In this document: positions 50,519 to 60,806 of the stretch, piece after piece
Numbering within the stretch: the stretch's first letter is position 1
Layout of the letters: every line of letters begins with the position of its first letter
From: a virus
Direction: 5' to 3' (one strand)
IMG/VR virus record: IMGVR_UViG_3300021376_000007
DNA: 64,000 nt
Made by a program: the position numbers and the translations under genes
The notes under the pieces: generated by a model
What the model was told of the DNA's origin: nothing
Databases searched by the model: none
What the model saw: only the letters and a program-made list of their open reading frames with translations

Positions 50519-50719
50519 ATGAATGATCAAAATTTAGATGTTAATTTAATTATACAATCTTTTCAAGAAAAGATATCTCAGTTAATTACTGAAGTAGTTG
50601 TTAAAGAAGCAACAATCAAACAACTTTCGCAGCAACTGTTAAACCAAATGCACGCCAAAGTAGAATCGTCTAAAGATGATTTTGAAACCCCACAAAACAC
50701 AACAAAAAAGGTAAAATAA
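50519..50719 (+). CDS. Small coiled-coil protein
   Basis: Likely start MNDQNLDV. Confidence 0.6.
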   Translation: MNDQNLDVNLIIQSFQEKISQLITEVVVKEATIKQLSQQLLNQMHAKVESSKDDFETPQNTTKKVK

Positions 50720-50901
50720 TGTCAGAAGATAATGTAATTGAGCAAAGTGAAGAAAAAGAATTCAATATTAATATCAAAATAACAAACGCCAACCTTGTTT
50801 ACAAAAGTGATTTTTCAGAGCCAGAAACTGTTTTTTGGCTGGAAGCAATTAAAGATATTATTCTAAAAAAGACATTTCAGGATGCCGATCCTCAAAGTTA
50901 A
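50719..50901 (+). CDS. Hypothetical protein
   Basis: Coupled TAATG. Confidence 0.6.
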   Translation: MSEDNVIEQSEEKEFNINIKITNANLVYKSDFSEPETVFWLEAIKDIILKKTFQDADPQS

Positions 50902-50961
50902 TTAACACTAAAACCAACTGTACTATACAATATTATAATTCAAAATGGAGTTTAGTTAACT

Positions 50962-52608
50962 ATGGCCTTACGCGAATATTTACCTTTTACAAAAATAGAG
51001 GGTGTTGATTTTTTTTCAGCTCAAATGGAGCCTGAAAAAATAAGTTCTCTTGGTAGAACAATGAAGATCGCAGCTTTAGCCCTAGGATATAGGGGTGTAA
51101 ATTATTATTATACTGGAAGAACTAACTTTGAACCGTCTCCTTACAATTTTGACAGAATTATTCAAGCCATAGATACAGATTCATATGTTAAGCAGGCAAT
51201 ATCAAAACATAAAGATCTCTTTTGGAAAGAGGGTTGGCAAATAGTTGGGGAAAATCCAGAAGCAGTTGGTTACCTATACCAAAGAATAGACTACATGGAA
51301 ATGGCAATGAACAGGCCATTTTTAGATTTTTTAATTGATTTATCTGATCAGTTGTTTAAGTTTGCAAACGCGTTTTTTGTAAAAGCTAGAGCAGATTTAA
51401 CTGAATATTTTCCGACTTCTTTGAAATCACTTAATGGCGCAGAACCAATAGTCGGCTATTACCTTATCCCCACTGAGCAGACCAGAATTTTACGAGACAA
51501 ACATAATAAACCTAAGGCATATCTTCAGAGAACAAATCCTCTTACCTATGCTCCAACAGAAAGAGATCCAAAATGGAACGCAGATAAAGTTGTTCATTTA
51601 GCGTTTGATAAAAAACCAGGTAGAGCATTTGGAACTCCTTTTTTATCAAGCGTTTTAGACGACGTTGTCGCTCTGCGTCAAATGGAGGAAGACATTCAAA
51701 ACCTGGTTCACCGCGAATTGTTTCCTTTGTATAAATACAGAATTGGAACTGCAGATCAACCTGCAGAACCAGAAGAAATTGATCAGGCAGCTATTGAGAT
51801 TGAAAATTTAAGGGCAGAAGGTGGTTTGATACTTCCGTTTAGGCATGATGTCGAAATAATAGGTTCTAATCAGGAAGCATTAGATGCTTCAAAATATTTA
51901 AGCCATTTTAAGGAAAGAGTTGCGATAGGTCTTGGTGTTGCCCCACATCATTTGGGAATGAGTTTTGACGGAGGAAATAGATCTATTACTGAAAGACTTG
52001 ATACTGCGCTTTACGACAAGATTAAACAATATCAAAAACAATTTGCCGAGATGGTTAGGGTTCATATTTTTAATGAACTTTTATTTGAGGGTGGATTTGA
52101 TCCGCTAATTCATCCATATGATTCAGCAATGTCAGATCGTTGTTTTTTTAAGTTTAATGAAATAGATGTTGACACACAAGTAAAGAAAGAAACACACATA
52201 GTTCAAAAATATGTCAACTCTTTAATTACTCTTTCAGAAGCAAGAATTAAATTGGGAGAAGATCCAGAAGTTGATAAAGAAAATTTGTTTATGTCAATTC
52301 AAGGACAGAATCAAATAAATATCAGTTCTGCTCAAAGCGAAAATCAAGCAAAAGCATCTGCGATGAAAGACGTTCAAAAAGACGGAGATAAACAAGATTC
52401 TGCTCAAAAAGGTGAAAGAAACTTGCCGTCTAAAAGAAGAGGTCCTGGAAACGTTATAAGACCACAAAACCAAAAAGGCAGAAGAAATTCTCCCAATATC
52501 AAAAGATCAGATCCAACATGGTTATCGGTAGTTGAGAATTTGTTGGAAGAGCAGTATAATGTATTTATTGTGGAAGAGGATACTCAAAAAGATGCAAGTG
52601 AGGAATAA
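50962..52608 (+). CDS. Portal protein
   Basis: 548 aa upstream of protease and capsid; VVHLAFDK..G..FGTP, GLGVAPHHLG, ITLSEARIKLG. Confidence 0.85.
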   Translation: MALREYLPFTKIEGVDFFSAQMEPEKISSLGRTMKIAALALGYRGVNYYYTGRTNFEPSPYNFDRIIQAIDTDSYVKQAISKHKDLFWKEGWQIVGENPEAVGYLYQRIDYMEMAMNRPFLDFLIDLSDQLFKFANAFFVKARADLTEYFPTSLKSLNGAEPIVGYYLIPTEQTRILRDKHNKPKAYLQRTNPLTYAPTERDPKWNADKVVHLAFDKKPGRAFGTPFLSSVLDDVVALRQMEEDIQNLVHRELFPLYKYRIGTADQPAEPEEIDQAAIEIENLRAEGGLILPFRHDVEIIGSNQEALDASKYLSHFKERVAIGLGVAPHHLGMSFDGGNRSITERLDTALYDKIKQYQKQFAEMVRVHIFNELLFEGGFDPLIHPYDSAMSDRCFFKFNEIDVDTQVKKETHIVQKYVNSLITLSEARIKLGEDPEVDKENLFMSIQGQNQINISSAQSENQAKASAMKDVQKDGDKQDSAQKGERNLPSKRRGPGNVIRPQNQKGRRNSPNIKRSDPTWLSVVENLLEEQYNVFIVEEDTQKDASEE

Positions 52609-52925
52609 TGGGAATTATAATTACATCTGAAACAGCAAAACAATTTCTTCTAACAGAAGATGCAGTAGAAGGATTAAATACAGCTGTTCAAAATGGCCAA
52701 GTAAGATTAGCTCTGCAAATAATTGTAGAATTAATAGATGGGATTATGCAAGTTCTTGATTATATAGTGCAAGACGAAACACAGGTTGAAGATCCAACTG
52801 TTGAGCAAGCAAAAGAAAAAGTAATCGAAGACAAACCAAAAGAACAAGATAAGCCAAAAGAAAAATCTGAACCAGTTGCAAAGAAGCACACAAAGACAGA
52901 ACTGGCTGACACACAAGAAGTATGA
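52608..52925 (+). CDS. Hypothetical protein
   Basis: Coupled to portal. Confidence 0.65.
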   Translation: MGIIITSETAKQFLLTEDAVEGLNTAVQNGQVRLALQIIVELIDGIMQVLDYIVQDETQVEDPTVEQAKEKVIEDKPKEQDKPKEKSEPVAKKHTKTELADTQEV

Positions 52926-53695
52926 TGAAACTAGTTATAGGCTGCCCTATTTATAAAAGAAAATGGATATTTCCTTTGTGGGCTTCTGCAATAGAAAGAC
53001 AATCAATTCCTCTAAATAAAATTGGTTTTGTTTTTGAAGCAGCTCCAGATGATCAGGAAACTATAAATCTAATAATGATGTGGAAAAATTATCACAAAGA
53101 AATTCCACATTTAGAAATAAATGTTAGAGAAGATTTGCCGCACTTTGAGCATTCTCCAAGATCAAGACAGTGGACAATCTCAAAATACGAAAACATGGTT
53201 AATTTAAGAAACTCTGTTCTTAAAAGAGTAAGAGAACTACAGCCAGATTATTATTTTAGTTTAGATTCTGATGTGATTATAAAAAATGATTCTACTTTAG
53301 AACTTCTTATTGGTCACATTTTAGACGGGTACGATGCGATTAGCCCACTAATGTATATGACTCCTTTAGATAGCAATTTTCCGAGCGTAATGTCTTGGGT
53401 GGATAAAGAAAGCTTTAAGGCAACAAGAAATGAATCGTACCCAATTGGAACTGTATTTCAATCAGATGTTATAATGGCTGCTAAAATGATGTCAAAAGAA
53501 GTTTATAATAACATTAACTATGAGCTTCATTCACAGGGTGAAGATCTTGGATGGTGCGCAGACGCAGCGAGAAAAGGCTATAAACTAGGCTGTGCGAGCT
53601 ATCTTTACGCTGCACACATAATGCACGAAGAGATGCTGCCGGGGTTTTTAAAAAATGGCGATTCAAGAGAAAATCAAATTTTTCAAATTGTATAA
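52922..53695 (+). CDS. GT-A fold (GT2-like) glycosyltransferase
   Basis: LVIGCP, LRN, FSLDSD (DxD), GEDLGWC, H. Confidence 0.8.
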   Translation: MMKLVIGCPIYKRKWIFPLWASAIERQSIPLNKIGFVFEAAPDDQETINLIMMWKNYHKEIPHLEINVREDLPHFEHSPRSRQWTISKYENMVNLRNSVLKRVRELQPDYYFSLDSDVIIKNDSTLELLIGHILDGYDAISPLMYMTPLDSNFPSVMSWVDKESFKATRNESYPIGTVFQSDVIMAAKMMSKEVYNNINYELHSQGEDLGWCADAARKGYKLGCASYLYAAHIMHEEMLPGFLKNGDSRENQIFQIV

Positions 53696-53788
53696 AAACA
53701 TGACTTATTTTGTATAAAATTGTTTAATGCTATAAAAGCAAATTACTATATCTTTCAGCAGCAGCGCTAATCAATAACGGAGAACTTC

Positions 53789-55580
53789 ATGAGTTTTGAT
53801 TTTGTAGAAAATTTTACTGTTAAACTTCCAGATTTTTCAAAAACAAATTTTTCATTTGAAGAAGCTGCTAACTCAAATCAAGGTTTGATTATAGAAGTTG
53901 CTGCGATTCACGAGGGATTGACACGGAAATTATAACAATTATTCTGTTATTGAGCTAGAAAAAGCGCTACAGTCTTGGGTGGAACCGTATCCAAAGCCAA
54001 TTATTTTAAACCACGATTTAAATTCTGAGCCAATTGGTAGAGTAATGGCAGCAAAGATGGACAAAGAACAAGACGGTGGTTCTTTTGTTAGGCTTCAAAT
54101 AGCTATAACAGATCCAGTTGCAATACAAAAGGTTCTTGATAAGAGATATTTAACCGGTTCTGTTGGAGGACGAGCCGGCAAGGCGATATGCTCTATCAGT
54201 GGCGATGACCTGGCATCAGAATCTGCTGGAAAGCCACCCGCAGCAAGGTACAAGAGGGGTCAGGTTTACAAGGGAAAGCTGGCTTTTATAGACATGCAGG
54301 ACATTTCTTTTAAAGAGTATTCTTTTGTTAATCAGCCAGCGGACTCTAAATCAAGCGTTCGATCCGTCCAATCTCCCGGATCAGACACTGTTCCAACTTC
54401 TGATTCAGAGTGGATTGCAAGAAGTTCTGCGTTTATTCTTTCTATGAACGAAGAAAATATTTATTCCCTTGAAGAAAATGAGTCAATTCTTGAACCACTC
54501 AAAAAGAAAGAATCAAAGCCTCTTTATCTTCACCTAAAGGGGTCTTTTTTAAGTGCTATGGCCATTCATGAAAGTGAAAATTACATTAATTCTAACGAAT
54601 CATTACTATCTAACGAGAATGAATCTGATACAACCCATAGGGAGAAGTCAAATATGAAAGACGATGTTCAGCAGGACGATGTCCTGACAGCTGTTGAAGA
54701 ATTGAGTCAAGATCTTTCAACAATAGCATCTGGAGTTGATGAGCCAAAAGAAGAGGCTGATGCACCAGAAGAAAACGCGGCAGCCGAAGAAGACAAAACA
54801 AGCAAGGAACCTGAAGCAAAAGAAGAGATTCCTTCTGCTGCTTCAAAAGTGCAGCAAGTTCTACAAGACATACTTGTCAAAAACACTATGCTTAACGAAA
54901 CTATACTGGCAGCAATTGCCACATGTGACGAAGCTAATGACAAGGATGCATCAGATTTGCTGACTTCACTTAGTGATGTTCACAAAAAGTGGTCATGGCA
55001 ATTGAGATTTTCTCTTGGTGAAGACGCTGGAGAGCCAGCAGATGAATCATGGAGAATTACAAAGTCTCCTGTAGCTGAAGAAAAGCAGGAAGAACTTGAA
55101 AAAGTTGATTCTGAAAATTCTACAGAAGCAGAAGAAAACAAAGAAGTTGAGCAGTCAGATGCACAGCTCACTGGCACAAAAGAAGCTTCTGAGCAAAAAG
55201 CAAAAGACGCAGACGAAAAAGTTCAACTTCTTGAAGAAGAAAATAAAAAACTCAAAAATGCATTACATAGAACTCTTGCAGAAAGAGTTGTTGACGCAAA
55301 GATTGCAGCAGGTATTGAGGCAATTGAAAGCAGAGAATCTTTGATGGAGGATCACGCCAAGAGAAGCGCAAGCTCTCTAGCGGATTCCCTTAGGGATATT
55401 GCAAAAATGCCGACAGCAAAAGCTGCAAAAGCTGCCGTTCCAGAAATTGATTCTGAAGTAGAAGTCATTGAAGGCGAAGAAAACGCAATTACAATTGACA
55501 AGGAAAAAGAAGAAGTTTCACAAGAGCGTTCTGCAGAGCAGGTATTTGTAGATGCATTAATGGGTCGAATCAAACTATAA
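53789..55580 (+). CDS. Prohead protease/scaffold fusion (+1 frameshift at 53924)
   Basis: GGAG RBS at ATG 53789; PIILNHD...PIGRV, TGSVG, EYSFVNQPAD; acidic coiled-coil C-terminal half. Confidence 0.85.
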
Positions 55581-55602
55581 AATATTTTAAGGAGAAACTT
55601 AA

Positions 55603-56376
55603 ATGAGTTTAGCAAAATTTCGCAAAGTAGGCACTAAGACTGGATCAGGTCGTTTTGTAGTGTCTGAGGGTATTGCTCCAGCAGCTTACCTTCTTCCTCA
55701 TCCAGGTCTTCCAACCTGGTACAAAGATTCAGAAGATGATCGTTTTGAAATCGTAATTCCAAAAGGAACAATTCTTTCAGTCGTTGCCGATTCAAACGGC
55801 GATGCAAGAGTTGTCCCAGCTAATGGTTCATCGGCTGCAGTCACCTATGGCGACACAATGCCTGCATCATGGGATCCGCTTAACGGTGCAACGCCAAGCT
55901 ATTCTTCTGGCGCAACTGACACAGTAGCTGTCGGCGCAAGATCAGTTCCGGTAGGAGTTGCCCAATACGACCTTTATCGTCCATTTGACAAAGGCACTTC
56001 TCAAGGCGCAGGTTTCATCACCCACGGCTATGTTGAGTATCCAATGGTTGATGGTATAAACGCGGATGTCACAGTAGGTAGCGTTGTCCGTTCAGACCAT
56101 ATGGGTCGTCCGGTCAAAGCCGCTGCTGCAGACTTCTACAACAGCTCTGCAGTCTATTCTTACCTCCAGGTTGGTAAGGTAGTCGAGGTAGAAACATTTG
56201 CCGCCAACTATGATGACGGCCTACTGTCCTACATGCAGCTTCCATCGGACCCAGGTGCGCTCAAGACAGTGTTTGAGATTACTCGCTCAGGCACTTTCTC
56301 AGGCAAGCTTGGTATCCGTAGCAACTTGGATGTACATAACGTAAAAGGCGCATTCCGCGTCAATTTAACGCTCTGA
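55603..56376 (+). CDS. Head decoration/minor capsid protein
   Basis: Between scaffold and major capsid; high-expression codon usage. Confidence 0.65.
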   Translation: MSLAKFRKVGTKTGSGRFVVSEGIAPAAYLLPHPGLPTWYKDSEDDRFEIVIPKGTILSVVADSNGDARVVPANGSSAAVTYGDTMPASWDPLNGATPSYSSGATDTVAVGARSVPVGVAQYDLYRPFDKGTSQGAGFITHGYVEYPMVDGINADVTVGSVVRSDHMGRPVKAAAADFYNSSAVYSYLQVGKVVEVETFAANYDDGLLSYMQLPSDPGALKTVFEITRSGTFSGKLGIRSNLDVHNVKGAFRVNLTL

Positions 56377-56415
56377 TAATAACAGAAATAATAACACAGG
56401 AGGAATAATCCTAAG

Positions 56416-57471
56416 ATGAGCAAAACAATACAAGAGCTCCTCTCGGGTCTCCCAGCTTGGGAAGCCGCGCTGGCCGAAGATGGACACATTGATGAGAACA
56501 ATAGAGTAACAATCAAGGAGGCCTTTGCTTCAGCCGACGCTGCCGCACTCTTCCCAAAGGTTATCTCTCGTACTCTTAGAGAAGCAGCGGAACCACAATT
56601 ACTGGTAACTCCTCTTCTTTCTGTAGTCCGTTTAGGAAAGGGGCGCTCGCTAGAGTTCCCCGCAGTCAACGCAATTCAAGCTGCTGAGATTCCCGAAGGA
56701 CAAGAGTACCCAGAGCAGGCACTAGCCTTTGCAAAGCAAATTGAGGGCAAGGTATCCAAAAAGGGTGTCAAGCTTTCATTCACTGAAGAAGTCATCGCTG
56801 ACTCACTTTGGGACATTGTTGGTCTTCACGTAAGAGCAGCAGGTCGCGCAATGGCTCGCCTCAAAGAACAAATTGCACTAAGCCGTTTCAAGGACGCAGC
56901 TACAATTGTTTTTGACAATGATAGCGGATCCTATGATGACACTACTGGTCTTGGAGTCGACGGAGCAGCCAACGAAACAATTCGTTGGGACGACGTTGTT
57001 GACATGGCAGCAGTTCTCATGGCTGAAAAGCACATTCCAACAGACTTCATTCTACATCCATTGATGTGGTCAGTATTCCTTAAAGACGCAATCTTCCACA
57101 TGGGTGGCGCCGCTTCTGCGGTTAATACCAGTTGGGGATATCGTCCAAGCAGTCCTGATGCAGCGCTGAATGCAACTGCCCCAATGGGCTTGAATGTAAT
57201 TGTTTCACCATTCGTAAGCTTTACAGCAAAGAGCGGTGCAACACCAGCCAAGTCAGACATTTTCCTCATCGACCGTAACGAGGTTGGAACAATCCTCGTC
57301 AAAGATGACATGAGCACAGATCAATTTGATGATCCTAGCCGTGACATTCGCTCGATGAAGATGAAGGAGCGTTACGACATCGTGATGCTTGGTGACGGTG
57401 AAGGTATCACAGTTGCCAAGAATGTCAGCCTCGCACGTAACTACGAAGTTCAGGTTTTCAACCAGATCTAA
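56416..57471 (+). CDS. Major capsid protein (HK97 fold)
   Basis: ALFPKVI, EIPEGQEYP, KKGVKLSFTEEVIAD, FILHP, ERYD; strong RBS; downstream terminator. Confidence 0.9.
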   Translation: MSKTIQELLSGLPAWEAALAEDGHIDENNRVTIKEAFASADAAALFPKVISRTLREAAEPQLLVTPLLSVVRLGKGRSLEFPAVNAIQAAEIPEGQEYPEQALAFAKQIEGKVSKKGVKLSFTEEVIADSLWDIVGLHVRAAGRAMARLKEQIALSRFKDAATIVFDNDSGSYDDTTGLGVDGAANETIRWDDVVDMAAVLMAEKHIPTDFILHPLMWSVFLKDAIFHMGGAASAVNTSWGYRPSSPDAALNATAPMGLNVIVSPFVSFTAKSGATPAKSDIFLIDRNEVGTILVKDDMSTDQFDDPSRDIRSMKMKERYDIVMLGDGEGITVAKNVSLARNYEVQVFNQI

Positions 57472-57516
57472 TGCGACAAAAATCCTTAGGGAGGTTATAG
57501 TTACAAATCCCTAGCC

Positions 57517-57554
57517 CAGGGGGGTGGTGAAAACACCACCCCCCTGTTGGTTTT
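57517..57554 (+). terminator. Intrinsic terminator after major capsid gene
   Basis: 13-bp perfect stem caggggggtggtg-aaaa-caccacccccctg followed by ttggtttt. Confidence 0.85.
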
Positions 57555-57604
57555 CGTAATACTTTTTGTTACTAGTTAAATAGAAGAAAAAACAGGAGAT
57601 TGAT

Positions 57605-58375
57605 GTGTCACTTCCCTTGATTGACTATGCAATTGTGGACAATAACATGGTTGTAGTGAGGTTTGGAAAAACCATAAAGATATCTTCTTTGAAGAACTCT
57701 AACTTTGTTGTTCAAACAGATGACGCTACCCCAGCAGTTTTGTCAAACCCATTCTTGACAATAAATACAATAGCTGATTATAATCAAATATCAAGAACAT
57801 TAAAGTTATATTGGGACGCCCAAAGGCAAAGCGGAAAACAGTATTTGATAAGACTTGTAAATTTTTTGGATGCTTCCAATGAGTCTATATCAGAAGAACA
57901 AATTTGTTTTACCCAACAAGAATCGGCAACACCTTCGGAGTTTAATTCCTACACTGTCCCAGTTGTACAAGAGCTGCTGATTGAGGATAAATCCATAAGA
58001 ACCGACGCTTTTACAACTGTTCAGATTCTTGCCAAAAATCCACAGTTTTATGTAAAAAGTGTTGATCCTGAAAATGGTGACTTTTATATAGATAATGACT
58101 ATAACGCAGGAAGAGTCATAGTTTACTTTAACGCGAGGCCAGCCACAAACTTTTTGAATAATACTTATTTTAAGGTTCAAAGAAAAAAGATTCAAACAGA
58201 TCCCACTCGCTGGCAAACTGTTTTAACACAAATCTCTATGCATTCTTGGAAATCTGAAGTTTATATTGATTTTCCTTCTCTGGATGCAACGCCGTCGTAT
58301 AACACGGCTCAAAAAAAATACTTTGAAAAAGGATACAAATATAGAATTATACTTTCAAAAGAAATAGGAATTTAA
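57605..58375 (+). CDS. Ig-like domain structural protein
   Basis: Two beta-sandwich-like segments (VKSVDPENG...VIVYFN). Confidence 0.55.
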   Translation: MSLPLIDYAIVDNNMVVVRFGKTIKISSLKNSNFVVQTDDATPAVLSNPFLTINTIADYNQISRTLKLYWDAQRQSGKQYLIRLVNFLDASNESISEEQICFTQQESATPSEFNSYTVPVVQELLIEDKSIRTDAFTTVQILAKNPQFYVKSVDPENGDFYIDNDYNAGRVIVYFNARPATNFLNNTYFKVQRKKIQTDPTRWQTVLTQISMHSWKSEVYIDFPSLDATPSYNTAQKKYFEKGYKYRIILSKEIGI

Positions 58376-58376
58376 A

Positions 58377-58787
58377 TTGGCAAACTTTATTTATACAAAA
58401 GCAAAAGAAGCTATCTTAAATGGAGAATTTGATTTTACAGATAACTCTTTTAGAGTTTTATTTACAACAAATTCCTATACTCCACAACAAAATTCTCACC
58501 AGTTTGTAAGCGACATATCACCAGCAGGTATTGCCGTTAGGTTTCCTATTTTGCAAAGTGTAACAAATGTATCTGGAACAATTGACGCCGAAGACATTAC
58601 TTTTACCCTTCCGGCAAACCAGGCAATAGTAGCAATGGTTTTTTATCAAGTTGGGGGGTCAGATGCTAATTCAAGATTACTATTTTATGTAGATACAGCA
58701 GAAGGATTACCATACCCTGGATCACAAGAAGATGTGCAAATAACAATATCTTGGAATAATTCATCAACAAAAATTTTGTCTATATAA
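58377..58787 (+). CDS. Structural protein
   Basis: 136 aa, beta-rich, in tail module. Confidence 0.6.
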   Translation: MANFIYTKAKEAILNGEFDFTDNSFRVLFTTNSYTPQQNSHQFVSDISPAGIAVRFPILQSVTNVSGTIDAEDITFTLPANQAIVAMVFYQVGGSDANSRLLFYVDTAEGLPYPGSQEDVQITISWNNSSTKILSI

Positions 58788-58798
58788 AGGAATTTAAA

Positions 58799-59138
58799 AT
58801 GGCAACAAATTATCCCGCAGGATTAGATGTACTAATTAATCCGATTGCTACAGATACATTAAATTCACGGCACAGTTCCACACCATGAACAACATTCAAA
58901 TATAAATGACGCAGTAGAAGCAATACAAACAGTTTTGGGGGTTTCTCCAGCTGGAATTTATTTGACAGTAAAAGATAGAATAATTAATACAGAGACATTA
59001 ATAGCTGCACAAGCCCTTTTAAATGGATTAAATGATGTTACTATTACGTCTGTTGCACTTGGAGATGTCTTGCAGTATGACGGAAACAATTGGGTTAATA
59101 CAGCAGAAAAAGAAATAACAGACGGAGGAAATTTTTAA
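58799..59138 (+). CDS. Small fibre-associated protein (+1 frameshift at 58868)
   Basis: AAGGA RBS at ATG 58799; MATNYPAGLD...LNS/GTVPHHEQHSNINDAVEAIQ...LNDVTI..GDVLQYDG. Confidence 0.75.
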
Positions 59139-60770
59139 ATGGCTAATACAATTAGAATTAAAAGAAGAACTAGTGGTGCAGCAGGTGCTCCGTCTGGTTT
59201 AAAAAACGCTGAGCTAGCATTTAATGAGGTTGATGAAACCCTTTATTATGGAAAAGGTGATTCAAGCGGCGATGCAACGTCTATTCTTGCAATAGCAGGT
59301 CCTGGAGCATTTACTACACTTACTGGTGCTCAGACAATTTCTGGAAATAAAACATTTACAGGAACGGTAATAGTCCCAACTCCATCTGCGCTCTCTCATG
59401 CAGCAACTAAAGACTATGTTGATACAGCAGTTTCAACATTCTCTGGGTCTATTGGTTTGGCTGGAGATTCTGGCACATCCCAAGTTATTGATCTTGGTGA
59501 CACAATAACAATTTCTGGCGGAACTGGTCTTTCATCTGTCGCATCCGCAACCGACACGCTCACTATAAATCTTGATAATACCGCAGTAACAGCAGGCACA
59601 TATGGATCAGCTACAGCCGTAAGTACGTTCACTGTTGATGCACAGGGTCGTTTAACAGCCGCTAGCACAGCAACTATCGCAATAGAATCTACAGCAGTTA
59701 CAGACTTTAATGAAGCTGTAGCTGATGCCGTTGGAGCAATGGTATCATCTAATACAGAGTCAGGGATTAGCGTATCATACGACGATACTGACAATACATT
59801 AGATTTTGATGTCGCCGACTTTACGATAACATTAGACGGAGACCTTAGCGGTAGTGCTACTGTTACAAACCTCGGCAACGCAACATTAACAGCAACAATA
59901 GCTGCAAACTCAGTTGCCCTTGGAGCAGATACGACTGGTGATTATGTATCTTCACTAGTTGCTGGAACTGGAGTAACACTCAGTAATAACTCAGGAGAAG
60001 GAGCAACTCCAACTATTGCTATAGGTCAGGCAGTGGCAACAAATAGCAATGTTCAGTTTAATGACGTATCTGCAGGCGGAAACGTAACAATTACTGGAAA
60101 TCTAACGGTAAATGGAACTACAACAACCGTCAACTCAACAACAGTCACAATTGATGATAAAAACTTGGAGCTCGGTTCTACAGAGTCTCCAACTGATGCA
60201 AGTGCTGACGGTGGCGGTATTACTCTCAAGGGAAATACTGACAAAACATTTAACTGGGTTGATGCAACAGACTCATGGACTTCTTCAGAGCATCTTAATT
60301 TATTGACAGGTAAAGAATTTAAGATTAATGGAACATCTGTTCTAAGTGCGACTACACTTGGTTCTGGGGTCACCGCATCTAGCTTGACATCTGTTGGAAC
60401 AATTTCATCTGGTGCTTGGCAGGGTACAGCAGTGGGCTTGGCATATGGTGGAACGGGCGCCACCAGTGCCGCAGATGCAAGAAGCAACCTTGGCCTTGTA
60501 ATTGGCACTGATGTTCAGGCGTATGATGCAGAACTCGCCGCACTTGCTGGCCTAACATCAGCGGCAAACAAACTTGCGTATTTTACTGGTAGCGGAACTG
60601 CAGCTTTAACTGATTTAAGCTCTTTTGGAAGAACGCTTATTGATGACGCAGACGCATCTGCCTCAAGAACAACGCTTGGTTTAGGTACAATATCCACACA
60701 AAATGCAAATAATGTCAGCATAACTGGTGGGTCAATAGATGGCATCACTGTTGACGGCGGTACCTTTTAA
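59139..60770 (+). CDS. Tail fibre-like protein
   Basis: Thr/Gly/Ala-rich; MANTIRIKR...[18 protein letters not shown]. Confidence 0.8.
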   Translation: MANTIRIKRRTSGAAGAPSGLKNAELAFNEVDETLYYGKGDSSGDATSILAIAGPGAFTTLTGAQTISGNKTFTGTVIVPTPSALSHAATKDYVDTAVSTFSGSIGLAGDSGTSQVIDLGDTITISGGTGLSSVASATDTLTINLDNTAVTAGTYGSATAVSTFTVDAQGRLTAASTATIAIESTAVTDFNEAVADAVGAMVSSNTESGISVSYDDTDNTLDFDVADFTITLDGDLSGSATVTNLGNATLTATIAANSVALGADTTGDYVSSLVAGTGVTLSNNSGEGATPTIAIGQAVATNSNVQFNDVSAGGNVTITGNLTVNGTTTTVNSTTVTIDDKNLELGSTESPTDASADGGGITLKGNTDKTFNWVDATDSWTSSEHLNLLTGKEFKINGTSVLSATTLGSGVTASSLTSVGTISSGAWQGTAVGLAYGGTGATSAADARSNLGLVIGTDVQAYDAELAALAGLTSAANKLAYFTGSGTAALTDLSSFGRTLIDDADASASRTTLGLGTISTQNANNVSITGGSIDGITVDGGTF

Positions 60771-60806
60771 TTAAAACTTAAATTAACTTTAGTTAAAGGA
60801 CTTAGT

